Source: Lingula anatina
Taxonomy: Eukaryota > Animalia > Brachiopoda
Direction of reading: 5' to 3'
Assembly (NCBI GenBank): GCA_051362555.1
Contig: CM120640.1
Span: forward strand, 56,274,788-56,338,787
Length of the DNA: 64,000 bases
This document shows, piece after piece, positions 35,589 through 46,554 of the stretch. Made by a program: the position numbers and the translations under genes. Within the stretch, counting starts at the first letter, position 1; every line of letters starts with the position of its first letter. The notes under the pieces are model-generated. The model did no database searches. It was not told the DNA's origin and worked only from the letters and a program-made list of their open reading frames with translations.

Positions 35589-38500
35589 TCAGCCGCACAG
35601 CAAGAAGAGAGTTTGCTATTATTACGACGGTAAGATAAGTTAAGATAGTGTTTTAAAGCCTACAAAGCACTTTATTACTGACTTGGACGCCTCAAGAAAA
35701 TTTGTGAGTTGGTTCACGGCTGCGATTGAAAGTTAACCATAATCGAAGTCGCCGATGGCATTGTGCGCGGCTTGCCGACTTGCGAACAATGTGGCGAAAC
35801 ATAACGTGACACATAACTAATTCTTGTACATAATTTAAATGTATGTGCCAGTTGTTTTGATTTCATGAAACGCTTTGGGGTTATTTAACTGGGAAATACC
35901 AGAATCCTAGATTGTGCAAATGAGGATGGTAGCAACCGTGAGTGAAGTTTATAAAAGTACGGTGGCCCTTGAATCGTGTTCCGTGACGTTCCAATTTTTA
36001 GTTTTACTTCTCATAGATTACTTACTGAGAACAGTACAACGTTTACCTAAACTGTTTTGAGTTATATTCTAAAAAATTAGTCGTATTTGATGCTCTTGTG
36101 TATCCTTTGCATGTTAATTGGCAGTGAAAAGTATTCCCCACCAAATTAAACGGCAAAATTAGACTAAAAACAATTGTGTTCTTGCTGCATGGTACGTAGA
36201 CTACGTACAATGTCCTCGTTCTTACCGTGTAGTTCGTTAACAAGTGAAACAATACTTTTTTATTTATCTTTGTCAAAATTGTTGATACCATAAAACCTTG
36301 TATCCATTGTGCCCATTTCTTGACCAAAAATTGTCCAAAGAAGAAATAACATTTCACTTCCATGAGTTTTATTGATGTTGGCGTTTGTGCAGTTCACCCA
36401 CAGATCGAAGAGGTATGTGCTGGTTCACGCTGTGTGTAAAGAATAGTTCTGCCAGCTTATCGAACTTCACACCAAATAGATTCATTTTCCACTGTTATAT
36501 TTATGCATAAATATCAATATTTTCATATTTATCTGATATAAATACAAGCTAAAGTGATAGAATAATTTACGATGGCCCAGGAGGCCATTTTCTTGATACT
36601 CTCATTTTCACAATGAAAGACTTTGTTCGAGCTCATGTATTTTTAGGGAGTTTTATCAGAAGTAGGTGTGTAATATTGTTTTGTGCAGCACACACACTGT
36701 TATTAAAATTTGTGTAATATTGTCTTTATACAGATCGATTTTGTGGAGTACATCTTACCATATATGAGTGCATTGGTACTTACTAGTATGCCCTTAGTTG
36801 AAAACATTATTTTTAATTTTTTAAAAGCCATCTAAACACACATCTGACTATTTTCACTACCTCCTTAGTTCTAGTACGATAACTTCTATTCTTAATCTAT
36901 TGTTGATTTTCTCAAAGTAACTGTGAGCTCCTCAATTTTTCATATTTTTTTGTAGGGGACATTGGCAATTATTACTATGGCCAAGGTCACCCCATGAAGC
37001 CACACCGAATACGAATGGCTCATAACTTAATTCTCAACTATGGTCTATACAGAAAGATGGAAATATATGTAAGTAAATGGCCTGTGTTGCCATTTTCTGT
37101 ATAAAACAGTGCTGCTATCAGTGGTCCATTTCCTTTACATATATGCTCTCCCAGATGTATCCATTCTTTTCAGATATGCCCAACCCATGCTTAACCACTG
37201 TTTTATCATTCTGTTGTGGCACTGCAAAAACATGGCATTGTGGCATGAACTCCAATTGTATTATTATGCTGGCATTGTGGCATGACCACCATTTGGCATG
37301 ATGCTGGCATGGTGGCATGACCACTATTTAGCATGAAGCTTCTCTGCCTCTTTGCTTGATTCCCTAATACTTATTCTGTGTGACAGTGAATGACCTGTTG
37401 TCATCCTCAAAACATCTAAACCATTTCTGCTAAATACATAACTATTTTTTTCTCCATTGCTGCATCTGATCTCATTTCTTCCTCCTGATGACATGTCCTT
37501 ATACCATGCACCCATGGACCAAATTTGATTTTAAGCAGCACTGTTACTGTTTTTGAATGTTGTATAAATGATGTGGTGTTGTGCACACTGTTCCTGTAGG
37601 TGACATTGGCAACTACTACTATGGACAAGGGCATCCCATGAAACCTCACAGAATGCGAATGACTCACAATCTTCTGCTTAACTATGGGCTTTACAGAAAG
37701 ATGGAGATTTATGTAAGTTGTGATGAGGTCATTGTGTAGACCAGTATTGCATTGGTATGGCTGAATGGCTCTTCCTATGCTTATTTTTATGTATTTTCTA
37801 CAAAGCAAGGATATAACGTATTAATTGCAATACAAAATACTTTTACTAGATACTGTTTGTAGTATTTACTATTATTTTTGCACATATTGTTATTCTTTTG
37901 ATCTAGGTTATCTTTGATGGAAGGCGTTTAGTACTTTTAATTAATTTTATTTTTGAGCATTTTTTTTCTTTGAAAAACTGGAAATCAAGTAATTATTTAT
38001 AAATTGTCTATCAACATTTTAACAAGGCCATTCTCACTTTTACAGCGCCCTCACAAAGCTACCCAGGAAGAAATGACCAAGTTCCACAGTGATGACTATA
38101 TTAAATTTCTGAGAAGTATTCGTCCAGACAACATGTCAGAGTACAACAAACAGATGCAGAGATGTTAGTAATGACAGATTTTTAACAATTATAATATTTA
38201 CATTGTATTTTGATAATAATATATAAAAGAAAAAGATGTAACAAAATGTACATGATCCAATATATGAGTAAAAACAGTTAAGGAAGTGCTAATAGAGGAT
38301 ATTAAAGTAAATTTGTGACGTGTTTTCCAGTCAATGTCGGTGAAGATTGTCCAGTGTTTGATGGTCTCTATGAGTTTTGCCAGCTCTCAACAGGGGGCTC
38401 TGTAGGTAAGACATAGTTTATTATAAATGAATGTGGGTTTGGAGAATGATGATACTCTTGCATACTGTTATTTTTAAAGTTAATTCCCTGATTTAGGACA

Positions 38501-41500
38501 TTATTTCATGGAGATAAGAGGAAAATATAAAATGAATGTGCACCCTTTCAATACTAACAAAATTCTACCTCCAGCTGGAGCAGTGAAGCTGAACAAACAA
38601 GCGACTGACATAGCAGTGAACTGGGGAGGAGGTCTTCATCACGCCAAGAAGTCTGAGGCTTCTGGATTCTGTTACGTCAATGACATTGTACTTGCAATAC
38701 TAGAACTACTCAAGTAAGCACAAATAACTTGTGATTTTCATGAGTTGAACTCTCTCACGTGGAATATTTTAGAGGAAATGTAATTAAAGAATTATTTGAT
38801 TTTTTCAGCCATTAAAATCTGTTTCAACAGATGTTTTGCCTAATTGAGTTTTAAAAAATTTGATTAGGCTTAACTTTTTTATTATTATTATTATCATATT
38901 TTTTTCATTTGTAGTGATTCATAACATTCTTCCAGATATCACCAAAGAGTATTGTACGTGGACATTGACATTCACCATGGAGATGGTGTTGAGGAGGCAT
39001 TCTACACCACAGACAGAGTGATGACTGTCTCCTTCCACAAGTATGGAGAATACTTTCCAGGGACCGGAGATCTCAGAGTAAGTGTTGTATTATAAGTTGT
39101 CTTTAAAGTATACCGACTTGAGATTGATAACTGAGGTATAAACAATAAAATATAAGCAAATTCCTATCAAATTTTTGTTATCAAAATGAAGTTTTGATTT
39201 GGTCCAATTGTTTTAAACTAAGATAAAGATGAAGTTGTAATTAAATCTCATGCAGGAACTTATACTTGAATTTAACTTTGCTAAGTTTCAATCTTACCGT
39301 AAGGCCTTCGGGTAAACTGAATTGGGTTGTCACAGTTTCCAGTTTATGTATCATTGAGGTTGGATAACCAATTTTCTTTCCTTCAGGACATTGGTGCTGG
39401 CAAGGGAAAGTACTATGCTGTTAATTTTCCTCTGAGAGATGGCATTGATGATGAGTCTTACTGCAAGATATTTGAGCCGGTAAGTAGGAATAATCTAGTA
39501 TTTTAATCAGTGTAACGTAATATGTAAAATTGCTTTGCTGTATTGCTTGATTATTTTTTAATGAACATTGTTTGAGAAGTATTTTTATCAAACATCTTGG
39601 GAATGACTGAATTTTTTTTTTTTTTGCTGTAGGTGATGACCAAGGTAATGGAATGCTACCAGCCCAGTGCAATTGTGCTACAGTGTGGTGCTGATTCCCT
39701 CTCTGGAGATAGGCTGGGATGTTTCAACCTCACTCTCAAAGGTAACTTGACAATTTTTTTTTCCCTAAATTTTGTATGCTTTTCCAATTTGTACTGCACT
39801 GTTTTGTGCAGTTTGCTGGTTTTGGTTCTACTAGATATTTGATAAGTGAAACAAATACATTTCCAAATTTATTAAAAAAATTTTTAAAAGTTTTTGAAGC
39901 TCACTTTATATTTTTAATGAAGAAGTTATAAATATGTCCACAAATCCCTTTTCAAGCCAATTTCAGATATATCAGGTTTGTATAATTCCAAAGAGGGCAA
40001 CTCTTTATGTGATACATATCTTCCATACTGTGAACGTAATCAAAAGTTGACCAACTGCTGTGTAACTGTTTCAGGTCATGGTAAATGTGTGGACTTCCTG
40101 AAGAAGTACAACCTGCCCCTGCTGCTCCTGGGAGGTGGAGGCTATACAATCAGAAATGTTGCCAGATGCTGGACATATGAAACTTCCATCGCACTTGGAC
40201 ATGATGTGGCTAATGGTAAGTTTGAAACATAGCAATTTACATTTAATGTACTAGGGGAAAATATTTAGGAGTTCATAGTAATACATACATTCAAGTGAAC
40301 TTTTTCAATGAGATCTGGTGTACTTTGCATAATATTCATAATGCATAATGATGTGGCTTGATACCTTTCCTTCTGCATATAATGTGTCTCATGAAGAAAG
40401 GAAATTGTGCTGCAACATACTACACTATAGAAGAAAATGTTTCTATCTTCCAGAACTTCCATACAATGACTACTTTGAGTATTATGGCCCAGACTTCAAG
40501 CTTCACATCAGTCCATCCAACATGGCAAATCAAAATACTCCTGAATACTTGGACAAAATTTGGTAGGAAATAAAATGTTCTTTCCCAAAAAATTGTTCTG
40601 TATGATATCTGTAGATTCTTTATAACCCTATGTAACCTTCATATTTGATTAAAAAATAAATGAATGTACTGCTAAATATTTTTTCACTTAAAAGACTTGT
40701 TGGGTTTTAACTTGATTTGAAATTCACCTTCATTCTTTATCTGCTGCACACATGTAGACCCAGTCTGTAAAGCTTGTGACAGTTTGGGGGGAAATTGTGT
40801 GGAACATAAATTTAGCAGTGTCAAAGTGTCCAAGTATTATATTACATACCTGGAGAATACATCTGCACACAAGTCATAGTTTTATGAATGCTTTACAAAC
40901 CTTTGGTTAATTGTGGGTTGATCATAATAATCAAGTGTTATGGAATGTCAATTTCAGCACAAGACTGTTTGAAAATTTGAGGATGCTGCCCCATGTCCCA
41001 GGAGTCCAGATGACAGGTGAGTTTAAACATTTTTAAAAAGTTTGTTTGCATTAGATATTTAAAAGCTAAAGAAAAACAAAAATAGGCACGAGTGGTTCGG
41101 TGAGCAAAAATTTATGTATCACTGCAATTTTTTCATACTCAGACATCCCAGAAGATGCTTTAAATGATGAAGAGGAAGATGAAGACAAAGAAAACCCAGA
41201 CCACAGGATATCAAGTATGAACTTTTTATATTTGCAAATTTTAATGCAACTTGTCCAATTCATAGACCATGACAAGTTTGCAAATAAATTAAGATGAGAT
41301 TTCTGAAACCATGCCATAGGCTTTCTTACGGTCTTTTTGTATATGTATACAGTGTGTTGTTTTGTATGTAATGTAGAAGTCAAGTAAAGAGCTTGTGTAT
41401 TGCAATGTGCATATTTCATGGCAGGTGTTTCTTGTTTTTCAGTCCGTGCTAGCGACAAGCGTATCACATGTGAAGAAGAGTTTTCTGACAGTGAAGATGA

Positions 41501-42262
41501 GGGAGAAGGAGGTCGCAGAGACAGAGTCAGTCACAAACGTAAGAGACCTAAGATGGATGAAGGGGAGAAGAAAGACGAAGAAAAGGGTGAGTTTCTAATC
41601 CAACCACGAAGAAAATCTGCATACCAATGACTAATCTGCTAAAATTACTTTTGCTTTTTGTTATTCAAATGATTAATTATTAAGGATCAAAGATCATAAC
41701 CATTATTGTAACATTTTAAAACCAGGTGAAGAGAAAAAGGATGCAGTTAAGACTGAGCCAGCAGAGAACAAAGAAGAAAAAGAAGCAAGCAAGGAGGATA
41801 AACCAGCAGAACAGGAGACAAAGGAAATCCCAGCAGTAAAGAAAGGTAACTGAATATAACCTGAATTATTCACTTATTTTGATGGGCTACACAGATACAT
41901 AAAATCTTTTTATACCTTAAAGAACACTTATAGAAGATCCGTAATGATAACAAAATTCTGGTAGTCTGATTTTTATATGCTTAGTATTTTGGTTTAAAAG
42001 GCTGTTCTGGCATTATTTCAAATTTGATTTCATCCAAATGTGGATTAACCTTATTTGAAATAAGTATTGAACAAATGTACTCTGTATCAAACACTTACAA
42101 ACAATATAGAATTTTTGTAAAATTAAAAAAAAAAAAGATCTTAATATATATATATATGCGATTTCAGAAGAAGAGTCGAGCTCCAAACAGGACAGCACAG
42201 CTGATAGTAAGGAGGCAGACCAAGCACCTGATGAAAGAACAGAGGAAAAGATGGATGTCTGA
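35581..42262 (+). CDS. HDAC1: Class I histone deacetylase HDAC1/2 (Rpd3). Exons: 35581-35629, [36956-37068 OR 37600-37712], 38046-38163, 38331-38405, 38575-38713, 38936-39077, 39387-39479, 39633-39741, 40075-40215, 40454-40562, 40958-41016, 41143-41214, 41443-41586, 41726-41845, 42168-42262
   Basis: [87 protein letters not shown] and an acidic/basic tail. All phases are consistent when one exon-2 copy is used. Confidence 0.98.
36956..37068 (+). CDS. HDAC1: HDAC1/2 alternative exon 2a (113 nt): [38 protein letters not shown]
   Basis: tttttgtag acceptor, gtaagt donor, open frame, phase 1 to 0. Confidence 0.9.
37600..37712 (+). CDS. HDAC1: HDAC1/2 alternative exon 2b (113 nt): [38 protein letters not shown]
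   Basis: ttcctgtag acceptor, gtaagt donor, open frame, phase 1 to 0. Confidence 0.9.
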
Positions 42263-43681
42263 ACAATTATCAGGATGGTCCATAAAGACTTGATGGTCAC
42301 AAATAACTGTAGCATGTGTGGTTAGAAGTGACTTGGAGCAAGAATTGTGTTACACTTTCAAAGATATATTTTGTTGTACATAACAGACTTTACTAAAGAT
42401 TTACTTTGTGACATTGCTATGTACTGTAGTACCGTTAGTTGTGAGATAAGAATTTAAGCTAGATTTATACAGGGGATATTGTTTTATATAATGTGCACAA
42501 TATGTTTGGCATTGACTGAAGTAACAAAATTATTTTGAAGAGACTGGTCTATTTAGATTATGAAACCATCATGGATTTTAATTGAATACTGCTACATGGA
42601 AGGGAATCTGTCTAGTAGACCCATTTTTTGTACAGTAAATGTTTTGAGGGGAGCAGCAAATGAAAAATAAAAACTCCACTTAAGTAACATTTATGTTGTC
42701 ATTTATTCAAGTTAATAATAATGATCAATCAATGTGAAAAATTTTGGTAAAATGATGGATGTGAAGTTGATCACTGTAAAAGTATATATATAGACTGAAC
42801 ATAAAGGTGAGTGAAGACAAGCTTCCACAATCTCCTTTATATAAAGATTTAAGTCAGGATAACATCCTTTTCAATTAAAAGCTTATTTAAAAGTTATTTA
42901 CTGTAGCTGGGTATGTAAAATATAAATTGTAATATAATGCAACAAGCCTTACTCTGCAAGAAGTGTTACTGTGCTGTCGTCACTACAGAATATCAATGCA
43001 ATAAGTGGAAAAAATTATACAATGCTACAGACAAAAAAATGCTCAACAACTTTATAAACTCTCAGTTTCAATCTCTCTAAAACCATTTAAATGTTGCTAC
43101 TTGATACCTCTTAAACAAAAAACAAAATTTACCATGGCATAATTAAACAAAGTTCATATTAAAACTATTAACACTACGACTCTAACAACTGGCATTGTGA
43201 CAAAATGGAGATAGATAAGCTGTTGTCACAAACTACTATGCATTGAAAACCAACCAACTTTTAGTAGTGTGCCTAAAAAACCTCATGAACTGCATTATGA
43301 ACAAAGCAAGAGTAAAACCTCACCTAACTGCAAGATATCCTGTATAATGGCAAAAAGTAACTTTGGCAAACTTAATCTATCCTGTATGTCAAGTATAGCA
43401 TTTTCTGCATGACGTAATTATTATTATTATCACAAAAAAATCACACCACAGCAGTTGTATAACTATGTTCGCTTTAATAATAATAAAATGTTTATATATT
43501 TAACTGTAAACATCAACTTTGGTGGCTTTAAAGTAAAAGCTGTTTTAATATATTTGTTTACTGTGATGAAATCAAAACACTTTCATGACATGTAAATTTT
43601 ATTACCAAGCAAGCTGAAGTTTTTATCTGTTGAAGTTGTGATGAGTTGAGACAATGGTAGCTACACAGAACATACATTCCA

Positions 43682-46473
43682 TCACACTGCTGTAGGCTGA
43701 CAAGACTGTGGTCTTGCGGAAGGCTGCAAAAAGTAGTTTTCATTTAAGTTCAAATGTTTTAATTCAACATGTTAAACCATTAATTTTGAGAAAATGCATC
43801 ACTGTTTCTTAAATCTTTAAAATTTCCTCAATAAGTCAACTTACAGTTGAAAATCCAGGTTCTGCTTGGGCATTATCTCTGTTTTGTGAAGTGTCTTCAG
43901 TGCTAGCCTGGTGTGTTGCGGCCCCTTTTTGTGAAAAAAAAAGAAGTAAAAAGTACTGTCTACTTCTAAACGGGAATGCAAATGAAAAAGCTGGAATAGC
44001 AGACAGAGACCATCATTACCTGTGCCACCTGGATGTGTTATACTTTCTGTGGATTCTAGGCCATCTGTCCCCAGTGGCAGGAATTGAGCTGAAGGTGTTG
44101 GCTCATCTTCATCACTGGCATCAATCATTGGCTGTGGAGGAAAATGAACTATCAGAGTGAACCAATAAATGTTTGTGCTGGTTACATAATCAAAAATTTA
44201 AGTCCTCACTATAATTACAATTTGAATCAAAGAAATGAAAGATACATAAATGACTTAAATTTTTTCACAATAACATATCTTGTCGATGTTTTAGCTGGAG
44301 AGAACGAAGTCTAATATCTTAAGTTTTAATAAAGAAAAGACCAATTTATAATCACAATAAGATAATTGTTTGACATGGTATTGCTTACAATGGCATCAAG
44401 ATCATTCCCAGCATTAGAAGGGTTCTCAAAATCTGTCTTATCATTTAGTAGCTTCTCCCCTTCTTCATCTTCAAACTTGGGTTTAGTAGAGTCTGAAACA
44501 TGAAACATTAATCGAGCAACATTCAATTAAAGTTTACCTCTGAATAACATTCATTATTAATTAATTTAACAATAAGCTTAAACTCACAATAAGCATTAAT
44601 GAAAATTAACTTCTAATATCCCTATGCCACAGAGTGGCCAAAATAACATATCAATAGGTGAACAATTTCCACACCCTAGCATGATCCCAGTGTGAAATAG
44701 GATGGTGAAGGCAAGACCAAGTACTTTGTAATTTGTTCTCATGTCATGCCCTCCATTCATATGATCACACTATTTTGCTGCACTCGGTGCAGTATTTTGA
44801 CAAAAACAAAACAAAACTAAACATAATGGAGATATAATGGTATTGTGTGAATTAATAGTTCTTCAACTTAATGTCATTAACTATCTGTATTGAAACATTT
44901 TTTCTAAATTAATCACATACCAAGAGAAATAAAATACTGATGAAACAGACAGTCACTAATAAGGAACTAAACAGAATAGAAAGGACATATTTTAATCAAT
45001 AATTCTACGCCAGTTGGTAAGTTCATTAGGAACTGAATATGTGAGGTCAGAGCATTTAAAAATATGCTAAAGCCACAACATGCATAAAACACTAAAAAAG
45101 TCCACACAGACACAAGTCTTTTAAGTAAGATACAAAACCAAACCAGGCAGAATAGATAAGCAATTCCAACCAGTGAATCAGTCTCTTGCTTGCCTACCTG
45201 ATCTCATTTGTTTCAATTGGTGAACATTTTGAGGTGGGCAATTCACATCAAAGGCAGAGAAGTCTTCTTCACTTGCATACATGGAGACAGTTGATACTCT
45301 ATTGTGTCTGGTTTTACTAGGATCATGATGTAATTTACTATTCATATGATTCAACTCCACATTGTTAGACACAATAGGTGGCCGAGATGCAGGTTTAATG
45401 CATATTGTGGCAAATATGGCTACAATAAGGATCAGAATAATCACTGACATCACTGCCATTACCACTGTAAAAGAAAAATTTGATTATGGAAAACAATAAA
45501 GAGAATAATAAATATTATAAACATGTACCACTTTCTCTTGAGATAGCATCACTGAGATCTTCAGTGCTGGCAAGGTGAGTGCTTTGGGGCCTTGGGGAGA
45601 CCTCATTCTCAGGGAGCTCTAGTGTCCCTGGGTTAAAGTTGTCCTGCTGGTTCACAGAGTGGTACTCTTTAACAATCTTCCTGTGTTTTCTTCTCAAGAT
45701 AATTGTTATGACAACTGAAGCAGCTACTGCAACTAGCAGTATAACTAAAGCTACAACTGTGACAAAGAAGACAAAATAAAAATTAAGATATTAGTTTCAT
45801 GCTTCATTCAATCAATGGGGAAATGACACATTAACAAAATGGCATGAATGCTGGATATCATTTAAAAACTTGCCCAAGTATTGATTAACATAGCAAAATA
45901 AACAAACTGGGTGTTAATTATGTAGATATTCACGGATTTTTTTTTTTACACTTTATAGGCTGTGAAATCAATTTTGATATATTTGTAACTAAAAGCAAAC
46001 ATTTTGGTAAAATATTTTGATCATCTTTTAAGCATTTAACTGTATACAATTGAACTGTTCTGTGTTATAGGATGATTTTAAAAAGCCAGCAAAATTAAGT
46101 AAAAACTTTCCATATTTTAATTTTCATGCCTCAAATTAAAACTTTAATTTTTATGACATTTAAGTCAGTAATTTCTGAGACTCACACAATAGAGTAATAC
46201 AAGTCTTACTGAGTACGGTTCTAAATGTGCTGTTCATTACCTGTATGTGTCACTGTGCTGTCTCCACCCTGCTCTTTCTGCTCCCCTGTGTGGATATCAT
46301 GGTCATCTGAGGAGATGACGACCACCTTGGGCAGGCCTGGGTTCCATGGAGGGAATGTGGAGGGAGGCTGCAATGAAGAAAGTAGTATATAGTGGTCGCA
46401 GGCCATGTCTCCATATAGAGAGTGGAGTGAGACAGGACTGGAGGTTCCAATGTACAATTGCACAACGTTATTT

Positions 46474-46554
<81 letters not shown>

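Noticed and set aside
36956-37712. HDAC exon-2 duplication as an assembly or haplotype artefact
   Set aside because: Seventeen synonymous codon differences in 113 nt and non-alignable flanks are far beyond allelic divergence.
38446-38491. Box C (ATGATGA) and box D (CTGA) in an HDAC intron, with a similar pair at 37720-37764
   Set aside because: Only ~45 nt long, with no terminal stem or recognisable rRNA guide. Too short for a C/D snoRNA.
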